A stretch of DNA of 64,000 nt from Candidatus Poribacteria bacterium (GCA_965198175.1 OZ240245.1:160001-224000); one strand, 5' to 3'; shown: positions 39,927 through 50,990, numbered from the stretch's first letter. The notes: generated from the sequence alone by a model not told the origin. A program made the numbers and translations.

Positions 39927-41216
39927 TTAGAAATAGTAACCGAAGTTAAAGTTAATTCGCCAATTCCACGCGTCATTTCCGTTGGCGCCATAATCACCGG
40001 CACCCGTATAGATGTTGGCGTAGTCCTCTTTGTTTCCGTCAGCATTGACGTTACCGACAAAGCCGTTGCCGTTGGAAAGTGCAAAATCGCTATACGTATA
40101 CAGCGAACCGAAGATTGTCCAACTCGCACCAAGCGTCATGAGCGTACTGTTGTTGAAGCCTTCTACCGTTTTCATAATGGTGCTCCACTCGATATAAGGC
40201 GTAACACTATTCACCCACGAGATACCCGATGCATCTATACCGTTGTAGCGCAGAGATAGCGCGGGAATTAATCCCTTGGATGCTATGGGCCAAGCGAAAT
40301 CGTAAGCACCCATTGGGATCAGGTCGCCGGTTCCCCAGGGCGTTTCATCAGCAATGTTGTATGCATAATAGGAAAATTGAGAGAAGAGCGTGAAATCCGA
40401 GAATGTGTTCTTCATATGCGCGGAAAGGGCATAGTGATTCGCGCCATCATCATCCACATCCGTTCCCTTCAACAACCCGTATTGAAGCGACGCGCCCACA
40501 TCTCCGATTTTCTCAAGCGTATAGATTCCACGCAGGTTAAGTTGATGTTGTTCATCAAACCCGTTTTCCTTTTTCACCTTATTACCATCTTTATCCTTAA
40601 TAACAGTGCCTTCTGAATCAACCGTAGTGTACCAACTGACAATGTCATAGCTGTACCGCGAACTCGCAAGGCTACTTCCATCCGTCTGGGGTTCGCTCTG
40701 AAGAAAGTAGCCCACATCAAGCGCCAGTTTACCCATGGTATCACTCCATCTAATTCCCAGATCCATGTCGTCGGCGAGCCCGACATAAAAATGTTGGTCA
40801 AAGAACCAACTGCTTGAAACACCGTAGGGACCTGGACCAAAGGGGACACGTACAATACCCGCTTTGACTGTGCCTAACTCACCGAGGTTATACCCTAACC
40901 AAGCGGTATGTATCATGCTGTAGGTGTCGTACCATCGGTATTCGAGTCTACTGATGACATTCCGGTAGTCCAAATCGGCATTCAGGCGGAAAATCTCAAG
41001 GTCAACATCACCAATCTTTTCGCCGCGGCGGTGGGGGTTTTCCTCATCCCCGTAGGTGCCGTAGGCATATCCCACCCGCATAGCGCCCCCAATCTTAATC
41101 GGGCTTTTTTTGTCCTCCGCAAGCGCAACCCATTGTGAGGCAAACAACAGAGCTGCGATACCGAGACTCAAGGTTCGTCTGTAATTCTTAATTTTCACAG
41201 CATGTATCCTTTCCAT
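39927..41216 (-). CDS. Outer-membrane beta-barrel porin; start at 41216 or GTG 41198
   Basis: Signal peptide; aromatic beta-strands; ends NFNFGYYF; directly upstream of BCCT. Confidence 0.8.
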   Translation of the reverse strand: MERIHAVKIKNYRRTLSLGIAALLFASQWVALAEDKKSPIKIGGAMRVGYAYGTYGDEENPHRRGEKIGDVDLEIFRLNADLDYRNVISRLEYRWYDTYSMIHTAWLGYNLGELGTVKAGIVRVPFGPGPYGVSSSWFFDQHFYVGLADDMDLGIRWSDTMGKLALDVGYFLQSEPQTDGSSLASSRYSYDIVSWYTTVDSEGTVIKDKDGNKVKKENGFDEQHQLNLRGIYTLEKIGDVGASLQYGLLKGTDVDDDGANHYALSAHMKNTFSDFTLFSQFSYYAYNIADETPWGTGDLIPMGAYDFAWPIASKGLIPALSLRYNGIDASGISWVNSVTPYIEWSTIMKTVEGFNNSTLMTLGASWTIFGSLYTYSDFALSNGNGFVGNVNADGNKEDYANIYTGAGDYGANGNDAWNWRINFNFGYYF

Positions 41217-42122
41217 TTTTGTAAAGACATGATGAGAAAATGTTCTGTCTTTGTCTATCCGATCCGCAAATTCGCGGAACTGTATCATCGATACCTTTTG
41301 GCTTCGTGAATTTTTGGATACGAGAACGCTCGTCACCAGAGCAAATCCCCGGGCGAGCCGTAATCAACGAATCCTGTGTCCATTGTAACCCTTGAACAAA
41401 TTAGAATCAACTAAATTATTATCTTGGGCATTCGGTTTCGGTTTTTATGCCCGAATTTATTGATATCACCCTGCCAACACCGTCTGAATACTTAACGAGA
41501 AACGCACAAAGGACAAGAACACACACAATTTTTGAATGATTTCTGTATTTGAAAAAGCCAAGTTGCTACTTGAAAACACTGTCGAGAAATGCTCGGAAGT
41601 TTCATAGTTTTCATAGTTTTGCCGAGGAAACGCGAGAATATGATTGAGACAGAAAAGGGTGAGAACTCTTGCTATAACTGGTTTTTGTGCGCTTTGCGCA
41701 AGAAGAGATCGGAAAAGCACTATGAAATCCAAGTTGCCACCTTAAGTAGTTTCCTTTGTTAAATTTGACCCAAGCTACTGCCGATTCCAGAGAAACCGTT
41801 GAGCCACCGCCCACCAAGCCCTCTGCTAGGCGGTTGTAATAATCGCGATGTCACAAATTGTCACATGCTTTTACCGTGTATGGTCATTAAAGCACGGATT
41901 CCTCCCCCACAGTCTAGAACCTGTTTGAAATAGGCTGTCAGGAAACGTAGATATCGTAGCAGTAGGTCCTCATCAAAAGGTAAATCAGCCTTTGGGCAGG
42001 TGTTGGCGTTTTCAGTGCTTGAATTTTGTCTAACCCTTCTAGGTGGTACAGCATGTTACTCCGGCAGAGAATGTTCTTTGTGTCTTAGCGCTGTTAGCAA
42101 TTTAGTTTTTTGATTGATTGTT

Positions 42123-42154
42123 GTAGGGAACGCGTATTATGGTATCGCCCCTAC
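42123..42154. repeat. REP-like palindrome
   Basis: GTAGGG...CCCTAC. Confidence 0.55.
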
Positions 42155-42173
42155 AGCTCCCGCTCCGATGGCA

Positions 42174-42635
42174 TCACACCTTCTCATATTCCTTGAGAAA
42201 CCCGACAAATTCTCTCCGATGCTTTTCCTCATCAGCGAGCAATTTGATGCAGAGGTCTTGTGTGACGTAGTCAATGCCGTCGCACAAGCGGATAACCATA
42301 TTGTAATGTTCAATCGCCCCGTTCTCTGCGTCGATCACGCCGTGGATAGCTGTAACAACATCGGTCGAATCTTCGGGGGGTTGGAGTGTCCTCTGGTCAG
42401 GTGCAAAGGAGAGCGACCCGGGAACCCGTCCGCCGATTTCTTTAATCCGATTCGCAAGTTGCTGTGCGTGCGTTAACTCGGCTTGAATATCCGCAGCCAA
42501 TGACTTCTTGATTTCTTCAGCGCGGACACCATCCAAATCAATTGAAATCGCGAGATAGTTGAGAGTGGTTTCGATTTCCATCCAATAGGCGCGAATCAGT
42601 ACCGTGACAATTGCGTCACTTTTTTCCATGTCCAT
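42174..42635 (-). CDS. Ferritin-like (bacterioferritin/Dps-like) protein
   Basis: AYWMEIET, ELTHA...RIKEIGG, AE..AI..Y, DEEKH di-iron motifs. Confidence 0.88.
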   Translation of the reverse strand: MDMEKSDAIVTVLIRAYWMEIETTLNYLAISIDLDGVRAEEIKKSLAADIQAELTHAQQLANRIKEIGGRVPGSLSFAPDQRTLQPPEDSTDVVTAIHGVIDAENGAIEHYNMVIRLCDGIDYVTQDLCIKLLADEEKHRREFVGFLKEYEKV

Positions 42636-43020
42636 AATTAACTATTTGGACTTACGCAAATTTCAAGAGACAGTCAATCATAGCGTCCTTCTATTTTGCG
42701 TAAATACAATCTCCTTTCAGTTTGAAATTGGTTCTATTTGATTCGATAAGGCTTCAATGAAGTTGGGCAAGACAATCTGTCTCAGATTTGATGCAAGATA
42801 ATCATGCCAACGGGCGTGCTTGCAAGTGAAAAGTACAGAGGCGCCAAACGTTGCTTCTGCAAGGATTGGAATGAAAAGGGAGGATGTACCATGAAAACTC
42901 AATAACAACGAGCGTGCCCAGCTTCGCCTGCTGAAGTATTATCGCGTAAGTTGAAACTTCTGTGAACATAACGTCCCTCTGGAGCGAAAGCGTCGGAGCT
43001 ATGCCCATTCTGTCTATTCC

Positions 43021-43056
43021 AGAAAAACCGAGTTTTTCCGAAAAAACTCGGTTTCT
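43021..43056. repeat. Inverted repeat downstream of the PorV-like gene
   Basis: AAACCGAGTTTTT-CCGA-AAAAACTCGGTTT. Confidence 0.7.
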
Positions 43057-43068
43057 GCGATGCAACGC

Positions 43069-44172
43069 TCAGAATTTCAACCCCAAGCTAACTCGGTGCG
43101 CCCGTTGCAGATGCCCAAAATCAGCAAACGCATAATCGAGAGAAAGCATTGTTGCGGCAAAATTCATGTGGATACCCAAGCCGAGCGTAAGCCCCTCTTC
43201 ATCATCACTTCGTTCAGCGCCCAAGCGGAATTTATAACCGCCACGGAGGGCTACCATCTTTTTGTACCAATACTCTAATCCGAAATTTATCCGTTCGCTA
43301 TTGTCATTCGGATGGTTGCCATCAAGTACGATGGTGACGAGGTTTTCGCTAGTATCAATCAAATCGTAGGCGATGCCGAGGCGGAAATTGGACGGCAACG
43401 GAAATTCCACAGTTTCTAACTCAGCCTTTCGCATCGGATTCGTGGTATCTGGATAGGGGCGGTAATCCGCGTTTCTCGAATCTCCGGCTACCTCGGCTCC
43501 GGTCTCAAGGTCTGGACCGCTGAAACGCATTTCGGCTCCAAAGTTTGAGAAGGACATCCCGATGCGTAAACTTCTCCAGCCAGTGTGGTACAAGGTCCCA
43601 ACATCAACGGCAACCCCTTTGGCACTCTCCCGATGAATCTGCTGGTGGATGTATTTGGCATTGATACCGAAGGAGAGGCTGACCCCCGATTCTTTTTCGT
43701 AGAGTTGTCTGGAATACGCCACCGACACCGCCGCATCCCATGCCGAGAACCAGAGCCCCGTCCCATCCGGCTTTGCAAGGGTTGTGATTTCCATATCCGG
43801 GACGTTGAGGAATGTAACGCTTGCGCCCAAGGTGCCTACCTTTTCTATAGGCGTAGCGAACGCGAGGTAGTTGTATCGGATGTCGGCGAGCCATATCGTA
43901 TGCGTGTCTGAAAAGCTGGTCTGTTTGAGTTGGCTTAGCCCGGCTGGATTCCAGTAGATGCTAGTAACATCGTTGGCAAGCCCTCCAAACGCGCCTCCTA
44001 AACTGTCGACCCGCGCCCCGGGACCAATTTTCAGAAACTGTGCACCGGCAGTGCCGACATTGGTGGTCGCATCACTTGGAACTGCCCATAAAAACGTAAC
44101 GATAACTAAGAGAATAGAAATTATCGAGACAAATTGCCGCAACGCTTGATACTCAAAAATGGTATTGTGCAT
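43069..44172 (-). CDS. PorV/PorQ-like (UPF0164) outer-membrane protein
   Basis: AQFLKIGPGAR...YWNPAGL...LDYA...HRVSLGLKF. Confidence 0.88.
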   Translation of the reverse strand: MHNTIFEYQALRQFVSIISILLVIVTFLWAVPSDATTNVGTAGAQFLKIGPGARVDSLGGAFGGLANDVTSIYWNPAGLSQLKQTSFSDTHTIWLADIRYNYLAFATPIEKVGTLGASVTFLNVPDMEITTLAKPDGTGLWFSAWDAAVSVAYSRQLYEKESGVSLSFGINAKYIHQQIHRESAKGVAVDVGTLYHTGWRSLRIGMSFSNFGAEMRFSGPDLETGAEVAGDSRNADYRPYPDTTNPMRKAELETVEFPLPSNFRLGIAYDLIDTSENLVTIVLDGNHPNDNSERINFGLEYWYKKMVALRGGYKFRLGAERSDDEEGLTLGLGIHMNFAATMLSLDYAFADFGHLQRAHRVSLGLKF

Positions 44173-44216
44173 GTGCTTCTCCTGAAGAGTGCGCTTCCAG
44201 GGCGCGTTCCGCTTTG

Positions 44217-47200
44217 TTATCGAATAATCGCAAACCGACTAATCCTATTTCCGACAACAGCGTCGCTTTCATCGCGCGCCTCAACATGATAGATGTAGAC
44301 GCCGCTGGCAAGGGCTTGATTGTAGAGATTTAGGAGCTCAAACGTTTCTGTGCCGCCCTTATCGCCCTGTGCTAAACGCTCATCCGGACTGAAGGGTGCG
44401 GTGTGTTCGTGCTCAATTTCTCGTACTAACTCACCCGCCGTCGTATAAATCCGAATCGTACATTTCGGCGGAAGGTGCGTGAAAAAGATTCTATCCGTCC
44501 CTTCAGCAGTCACAGCCCGGTTGGTGACGAAATAGGGGTTCGGCACGACGCGGATGCGCCCTAGATCCGCTTCGATGTCTTCAGCGGCGAGCGTTTCTTC
44601 ACCCGTCTTCAAGAGCACCACGTCACCATCCCACGGGGCACTAACACCGCCCATTTCAACCATGAATACATCCCCAGCGGAGATTTCATGGTTGGGATCT
44701 TTGATGAAGACGTACCCACCCCGAATGTAAATCCGAAAAAAGTCCGGTGTGTCTTCCCGGCTGTATGTATCACTCCAACCTGCACCCGTCAGAATTGCGT
44801 ATCCGTCGGCACGCTGGTCGTTGAATTGAATGTCTTCGCCCGTATCTTCGTCCACCACTTTGACGTGTGTATCGTCGATAAACGTGATTGAATAGGTATG
44901 CGGGCGGTAATACGTTGCCCAGAAGATGTTGGGCCAAGTGTTCTCTCCGGCACCGGGAGATTGGATATCCACACTCCAGCCCGTTACTGTACCTTCGATT
45001 AACTCAACGTTGTTAATCGAGTTTTCGGTTGGACTCTCGTAGGACACGTCTACCCCCTTTATCTTCAAGACGATTCCGTCAAACATCGGGGAGAGCGCCT
45101 CAACAGCCTCGCTGTGGTCCGGGTCATACCACCCAAACGCTTGCTGCTCCACTACCGTTTGATTTGTTGTCATGTCAATAATCCCATAAGCGGGTGGCTG
45201 ATATCCGGGGCCTGTGATATACGCACCGGGACCTGTCTGTTGGGCACCCTGCCAGACGATTTGATATTGATGTCCCGTTACCTCGTTTGGTGCAAGCACC
45301 ATCGGTTCAACGGTGACAGTCCCCGTCCGACCGGAAGACGTTTCCACTATATCAGCAGTGGCTCCTCGATACCCCGCGGGTTGCGCGCGCGGAATAACAT
45401 GAACCATCGTCTCAATCTGGCTGCTCTCCATCGCGATAAGACCCGTTTTTGGGTTGCCTGTATCATAAGACGTAACCGCATAGGTGTATTGAATCCCGTT
45501 AGTCAACCCTGCGTCAGTGTAGAAATTTTTGATGCCCGCATCTTCACCGAGCGACATTGAAGGCGTAGAAACAACACGGAAGATATCGCCCGCCACAGGG
45601 GGACCTGAGGGACCGTCCGTAATTGCTACATACAAACCCCCGAAGTAAATTAGCGCACCCGAGCGATAGGTTTCATCAGGATACGATTCACCCGTATTCG
45701 GATCTTTCACGACAACATATCCCTCACCATCCGCTGGGAATTCGGGGTTATACGCCATAACCTCCCAGAGCGTTGTATTAACCACCTCAAAGGATGTGCT
45801 GGAATTGAATTGGATTGCGTAAACCGCGTTTTTGAAGAAGTCAGCAAAAAACGGTTCATCGCCCATGCTTTCAATGGTAGCGTCCGACTGTTTACCGACA
45901 TGCGCGACCGTGAAGAAATTACCGGTTGCGCTTGGTTTATCAAACTCCGCCAGCATTTTCCAATCTTCAACGGGGTTGCCAGTAGATGGATCATAGGACG
46001 TATCTCGCCGGTACACTTTATAGCCCTCAAAAACCTTCTCCGGGTCGGTCACATCAACATATTCTTCGATACTTTTACTGACACCTTGGTTCACCCAGCG
46101 CCCAGCACTTTCCCAGATGAGCGTCACTTGTCCATCGGCGGGATAAGCCGTTACCTGCGGGGACGGCGGCGGTGCCGGTGCAACATACCCATCGTCATAC
46201 AACTTCTGCGCCCAGTCAGAAGACGCTTGCAAGCCCTCAAGTCCTTCACCGATAGCCACTGCCGTGATGACGGTAAACTCTTGCCCGGGAGCAATCGATT
46301 CTACGGGACCGTAGGACTGGATAAAGCGTTGGTCGTCGTAGTTTGCGGGAAGCGGTTCAACACCAGGGATGCTGATTAAAGCGTACTTTTCCGCATCAGT
46401 CGTTGGATCGGTGGATATCGTAATCCGCTTGTGCGCTGCAAAAGGAATTCTTGCCCCGGCACCCTGTGGATTGCCCCCCACATACGCATCTAATACCCGC
46501 AAACCGATGTACCCGGTCGCAGATGCATTGGAGAAGCCGTAAGAGAGGTAACGGTTTGGGTGCGCTTCAGGGCTGAGAGCGTCCGGTGTCTCATCCAGCG
46601 CAACGAAGTCGTCTGCGGAGTAACTTGCCGTGCCCGTTTCGTTGCTAGAGATGTCCACGTCGTACCGGAACGCCATAAATAGGTCTTCGAGCGTCTCGTT
46701 CCCAACATTTTTGACCTTATATTCGAGAATAAAGAAATCGTAGAGCGGTGCATAACTCCATTGGAACCCGTTGACTTCAAGCTCTAACCCGAGAATCAAT
46801 CCCTTATTCGCTTCAGGGTTCGTGTCCGTGCATTTGAACCGAATCGCTTGGCTCGTCGGCGTTCCTTTTGTTGTTACACCGGGCTTGTTGGAAATCACCT
46901 CGGGCACATCGTCAGTGGGCCAGATTTCACTTTGTCTGCCATCTGATTCAGAAACGCCAACCTCGCCGCCTTTTTTGGCACCGATCCAGATATCGCCTTC
47001 AAAGATGTAGGAATCGTTCGTTCCCGCGGGCCACCATCCTGAAGGGTTTGCGGTTGGGTTGCTGGGGTAGCCGACAACTGCGGTGTTGTAAACAGCAGAC
47101 GATAGATTGCCTACATCAAGTGCCTTCCAATCCACGCCAGCCATCACCGGCAGAATTGCTATGATGGATAGCACAGACGTAATCAATGCCAGTTGGCGTC

Positions 47201-47222
47201 TGCCGTGTCTTATAGGTTTCAC
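44217..47222 (-). CDS. Large secreted protein with Fn3-like segments and C-terminal T9SS-like sorting domain
   Basis: GGAGG SD before GTG 47222; signal peptide; APPPSP, FEGYKVYR, YTYAVTSYD; IRVVPNPY...IRIYTTAGELV...ASGVYIY. Confidence 0.82.
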   Translation of the reverse strand: MKPIRHGRRQLALITSVLSIIAILPVMAGVDWKALDVGNLSSAVYNTAVVGYPSNPTANPSGWWPAGTNDSYIFEGDIWIGAKKGGEVGVSESDGRQSEIWPTDDVPEVISNKPGVTTKGTPTSQAIRFKCTDTNPEANKGLILGLELEVNGFQWSYAPLYDFFILEYKVKNVGNETLEDLFMAFRYDVDISSNETGTASYSADDFVALDETPDALSPEAHPNRYLSYGFSNASATGYIGLRVLDAYVGGNPQGAGARIPFAAHKRITISTDPTTDAEKYALISIPGVEPLPANYDDQRFIQSYGPVESIAPGQEFTVITAVAIGEGLEGLQASSDWAQKLYDDGYVAPAPPPSPQVTAYPADGQVTLIWESAGRWVNQGVSKSIEEYVDVTDPEKVFEGYKVYRRDTSYDPSTGNPVEDWKMLAEFDKPSATGNFFTVAHVGKQSDATIESMGDEPFFADFFKNAVYAIQFNSSTSFEVVNTTLWEVMAYNPEFPADGEGYVVVKDPNTGESYPDETYRSGALIYFGGLYVAITDGPSGPPVAGDIFRVVSTPSMSLGEDAGIKNFYTDAGLTNGIQYTYAVTSYDTGNPKTGLIAMESSQIETMVHVIPRAQPAGYRGATADIVETSSGRTGTVTVEPMVLAPNEVTGHQYQIVWQGAQQTGPGAYITGPGYQPPAYGIIDMTTNQTVVEQQAFGWYDPDHSEAVEALSPMFDGIVLKIKGVDVSYESPTENSINNVELIEGTVTGWSVDIQSPGAGENTWPNIFWATYYRPHTYSITFIDDTHVKVVDEDTGEDIQFNDQRADGYAILTGAGWSDTYSREDTPDFFRIYIRGGYVFIKDPNHEISAGDVFMVEMGGVSAPWDGDVVLLKTGEETLAAEDIEADLGRIRVVPNPYFVTNRAVTAEGTDRIFFTHLPPKCTIRIYTTAGELVREIEHEHTAPFSPDERLAQGDKGGTETFELLNLYNQALASGVYIYHVEARDESDAVVGNRISRFAIIR

Positions 47223-47513
47223 TTTTCCTCCTAAATTGAGGTAAAGATACTTCTCTACATTATTGCGAAGGGCAATTCCGCCTACATTGTCCCAATAGGG
47301 CACGTTTCAGTTCAACTGCCTTTTTAGAGCGGAAAGTTTATGTTTTGGGTTGGGTGCCACAATAAATGAATCTGTTCTCGCTTTCATTTGGCGATTCTGA
47401 TGGATTCGTTTTCAATTTTTGCCTCACTTCCATTATCAAGATGATTATAGCACATCTTACGAGTTCCCTTCCATTAAAACCCTTCAGATCTGCTCCACAC
47501 AGTGAACGCGTTT

Positions 47514-49439
47514 TCATGGGTAGAGACTATAGACCTTCATGCCGAATGCGACGCCGATGAGGCTCCAGATCCCCCAAGCAAGGAATTGCCCCAGAATGAA
47601 GCCCAGAAAAAGGGGCAACGCGCGACGATAGGCGCCAATCCCACCCCCTTTAAAGATAAGCCGCTTGAGTAGCCAACCGCAAAAGATAGAGAACCACATA
47701 CCACTAATGCACCATCCATACGAAACGGCGAAGCCTACAGGGTAGAACGACCACCAGAGAAATCGACGCTTTAGGAACGCAAGCAAGATTGTGAAGAAGA
47801 AACCAAATCCAAATCCACGAATCTGGCGAATGCTAGGGTCGCGCGGATGGGAAATCCAACTCGAAAGAAAATGGAAAGGGGCTATAGCGTCCAATCCCTG
47901 TCTGTAGTGATACTGATAGTAAAGGACGATATGCGCGCCAATAGCTATCAACGATCCAACGATGCCGGCAAAAATCATCGCCGCGACGAGGCGATTATCC
48001 CGTATCCCCAGCGCTGAACCAATCTTGAATCCTTCGAGTTGGTGGGGCATCGGATGAGAGCGGTAGCCATAGGCGAGCCATTGAAGGAGTGTCGTCAGGG
48101 AAAGGCTTTTTGCACCGACAACACGTGTCCCTGCAAACATGATGATAAGGCGATCTGGAAGCGCGTCATGAAGCTCATGCGTGGGTGGACCTAACTCTGC
48201 ACGCATACGCGCCATAGCGATGCAGAGGAGGAAATGAATGATAAAGTAGAGTGACGCCACCCAGTATGGGAGACCTGCAGCGTGCCAGAAAGCAAGCATG
48301 ATGAGAAACCCGCCGATTCCCCCATAGATTGCGAAACGGTACAGGGGCTCCTGCTCTGCCGCTTTCTGGCTTCTGCTGAAGAGTCCACGGAGCATTTGCC
48401 AGATATGATGTCGACCGGTCCAGAGTGCAATAAATCCAATTGCAAGCCATGCGCCGGCACGCTGTTCTCCATGCCACCGGTCGAGAGGACGCCAACCCAT
48501 TGCCGCGAAAACAACATGCTCTGCTTTCCAGAAAAGAAAGAAGAACCAGAGCGAGAAGGAAAGTCCGAGCGGCATCAAGTAACCCACTCCCACCGCGAAA
48601 AGATAAATCTTCATCGGAAACCACGAGATAGCATTCCACGGTTTCTCAGTCATGTACTGAGCAATTTCAATGTCCTTCAGCGGGAGAGCGGGAATCCAAG
48701 GATAGAGATAGTTTAACCCTGCAAACACCTCGATAGTCAGCGCCACAGCGAAACCAATCCACGTGAGCCTGCTAGAGAAGACCCCCGCCGTATCACCAAT
48801 TATCTCAATGGGAAGTTGCGCAATCGGGTAGTTCAGTCTCTCATGTTCTATCCACTGCCTTCGGAGCACGATGTTGATACAGAGCGTTACAAAGAGGAAG
48901 ATACTAGTGAAGATAGACCACGCAACGAAAGGCTTAAGCCACGACAGAACAATGAACCGTTGCCAGAAGGGCTCTGTGCCGGGTTCATAATACCCCTGAA
49001 GCACGGTGCGATCAGAGATAGTCAGCCAGTTAGGGAGATAGGCGTGGAAAAGTTTCGCCCAGTCGTTCTCAGGTGTCGCAAGCCAAAACCCGTTGATGGT
49101 CGTTGGGACGAGTTGGCGGGCAATGTCACGTCCCGAAAGCGCCGTGGCAATGGAAATCATGACGTAGAGCGTTGCAAGTTCGGGTCGTGTCAGTGCAAAG
49201 CGGGGGGCGAAGCGTTTTATTCCGTGATTGATCAGCGCAAGCATAAACAAGGTGAACAGCACCGTTGGAAAGAATGAGAAGACCGTGACTTCCCCAACAA
49301 CGCGGTGCTCTGCCGCGACAATCCAGTAAACATTGAAAAAAATTAGAGGCGCCCCAAATCCGAGCACCCGGGCAATAAAGCGGAATGTGCTAGTTGTGTC
49401 GGTAATAGCCGGATTCTTTGTTCGAGACGCTGAAATCAT
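47514..49439 (-). CDS. Polytopic membrane protein (DUF6785/DUF6784, putative peptide transporter)
   Basis: LRRQWIEHERLNYPIAQLP, RMRAELG, HPMPHQLEGFK, PLFLGFILG. Confidence 0.8.
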   Translation of the reverse strand: MISASRTKNPAITDTTSTFRFIARVLGFGAPLIFFNVYWIVAAEHRVVGEVTVFSFFPTVLFTLFMLALINHGIKRFAPRFALTRPELATLYVMISIATALSGRDIARQLVPTTINGFWLATPENDWAKLFHAYLPNWLTISDRTVLQGYYEPGTEPFWQRFIVLSWLKPFVAWSIFTSIFLFVTLCINIVLRRQWIEHERLNYPIAQLPIEIIGDTAGVFSSRLTWIGFAVALTIEVFAGLNYLYPWIPALPLKDIEIAQYMTEKPWNAISWFPMKIYLFAVGVGYLMPLGLSFSLWFFFLFWKAEHVVFAAMGWRPLDRWHGEQRAGAWLAIGFIALWTGRHHIWQMLRGLFSRSQKAAEQEPLYRFAIYGGIGGFLIMLAFWHAAGLPYWVASLYFIIHFLLCIAMARMRAELGPPTHELHDALPDRLIIMFAGTRVVGAKSLSLTTLLQWLAYGYRSHPMPHQLEGFKIGSALGIRDNRLVAAMIFAGIVGSLIAIGAHIVLYYQYHYRQGLDAIAPFHFLSSWISHPRDPSIRQIRGFGFGFFFTILLAFLKRRFLWWSFYPVGFAVSYGWCISGMWFSIFCGWLLKRLIFKGGGIGAYRRALPLFLGFILGQFLAWGIWSLIGVAFGMKVYSLYP

Positions 49440-49515
49440 CCTAAACCGTTTCGTCAGGTAATGAAGAGGTTAGATTCAGGGGTCTGAAATACGTTCACAC
49501 TAAGTCTAAGTTATC

Positions 49516-49722
49516 CTAGCCGCCTTGAACTGCATGAACAATCTCAACCTCGCTTCCGGGATGGACGACCGTCTCCTGCCACTGTTTTCTGGAAATTAAC
49601 TCCTGATCGATGGCAACGGCAACTCCTGGTTGGACTGGATCGATTTGCAAATCTAAAAGTAATTGATAAAGCGATAACTCCTGCTCAACTGTCTTGACTT
49701 CGCCATTCACTCGTATATCCAT
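49516..49722 (-). CDS. thiS: Sulfur carrier protein ThiS
   Basis: IRVNGE...VEIVHAVQGG C-terminus. Confidence 0.96.
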   Translation of the reverse strand: MDIRVNGEVKTVEQELSLYQLLLDLQIDPVQPGVAVAIDQELISRKQWQETVVHPGSEVEIVHAVQGG

Positions 49723-49742
49723 TGATTCTTTCCGTTGGACAC

Positions 49743-49833
49743 GTTCAACCGACCGAATAGGGAGGGATCAAGCGAGCGAGTAGCGAGCGCGATAGTCTTC
49801 GCTGGCGATCCGCCCCTATGAGCTCAGTTGATC
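49743..49833 (+). mobile_element. Nested cluster of 30-nt mini-elements
   Basis: Partial copy 49743-49765 interrupted by a full copy 49766-49795; degenerate inverted copy ending at 49833. Confidence 0.8.
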
Positions 49834-49838
49834 CTTTT

Positions 49839-50990
49839 TCATGAAAACCTTGACAACTGAAACGGTGCGATGACTTCTGAGGTTTGACCGGTCAAGACGA
49901 GTGAAGCAATTTCACGAGCGGTCACCGGCGCCAGAAGAATGCCGTTCCGATAGTGTCCAGTCGCCATAACCAGATTCTCAACAGCCGTTTCACCGAGGAT
50001 GGGGGCGTTGTCACGGCTTCCCGGACGCAATCCGGTCCACGTCTCTACAATGGGGAGATCGTAAACGCCAGGAACGGCTTCCCAAGCGCCCCGAAGCAGC
50101 TCGAATAAACCTCCAGCGGTCAGTCGGGTATCGAATCCCATTTCTTCGTTTGTCGCTCCAATTACCAGACGCCCATCATTCTTGGGGGCAAGATAGACAT
50201 CCGTCAGATACTTCGCACGAATCGTGCGAATCACCTTTTCGAGAATAACTCCTGCTTCCATCTGTAGCGCGAGTATTTGCCCCTTGACCGGGCGTAGAGG
50301 CGGTTTCACAATTCCCGGCAACCCTTCAATCTCGTTAGACCAGCATCCGGCAGCGAGCACAATGACATCGCCATTGTCCAGAACCCCTTCGACCCAAACC
50401 CCACGCGCTTTTACATCTCGAATCTCAATTTTCTCGACGGGCATGTTTTCATACAGACTTCCTCCCGCTCTCTGATACGCTACAATCAAGGCTTCAACCA
50501 TCAAGCGGTTGTCAACCTGATGGTCACTTGGGCTGAAAATCGCGGCGGTGACTTTCGGGGAAAGCAACGGTTCCATCTCCCTCGCTTCAGAACCAGTGAG
50601 CCATTTGCACGGGAGATTCAAGAATTGTTGGGATTCATACAGATGCTTGAGTTCACGGGCGTCATCCTGGTCTAAGCCGACAATTAACGTCCCCTCTGTC
50701 CGGTAGCCGACGGACATCCCACTATCCGCCTCCAATGCCTCAACCCATTCCGGATACAGCTGAAGACTGAGATTGCCCAATTGAAGGAGCGCTTTCTCTT
50801 CAAAGTGAACCTCGGCGAGCGGGGCTAACATCCCCGCGGCTGACCACGATGCCGAACGTCCTGCGTAATTTCGCTCATAAATTGATACGCCACAACCTGC
50901 CTTTGCCAGTTGCCATCCGATGCTCAGCCCAATCACGCCACCGCCGACGATAATCACTCGTGGATCTGAATGTGGCTTGTGGGTTTGCAT
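49839..50990 (-). CDS. thiO: Glycine oxidase ThiO
   Basis: GGGVIG, AAGMLAP, PVKGQ, GLRPG, GHYRNGILLAP. Confidence 0.95.
   Translation of the reverse strand: MQTHKPHSDPRVIIVGGGVIGLSIGWQLAKAGCGVSIYERNYAGRSASWSAAGMLAPLAEVHFEEKALLQLGNLSLQLYPEWVEALEADSGMSVGYRTEGTLIVGLDQDDARELKHLYESQQFLNLPCKWLTGSEAREMEPLLSPKVTAAIFSPSDHQVDNRLMVEALIVAYQRAGGSLYENMPVEKIEIRDVKARGVWVEGVLDNGDVIVLAAGCWSNEIEGLPGIVKPPLRPVKGQILALQMEAGVILEKVIRTIRAKYLTDVYLAPKNDGRLVIGATNEEMGFDTRLTAGGLFELLRGAWEAVPGVYDLPIVETWTGLRPGSRDNAPILGETAVENLVMATGHYRNGILLAPVTAREIASLVLTGQTSEVIAPFQLSRFS

Noticed and set aside
41384..41397. Short match to an E. coli 6S RNA segment as I recall it (TTCAAGGGTTACA, minus strand)
   Set aside because: The partner strand and overall fold are absent; likely chance
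41914..42042. IS/MITE-like ends (CTAGAA...TTCTAG)
   Set aside because: Only 6 bp of inverted match and no transposase remnant recognised
42648..42706. TTACGCAAA...TTTGCGTAA inverted repeat
   Set aside because: Short single copy; function cannot be assigned
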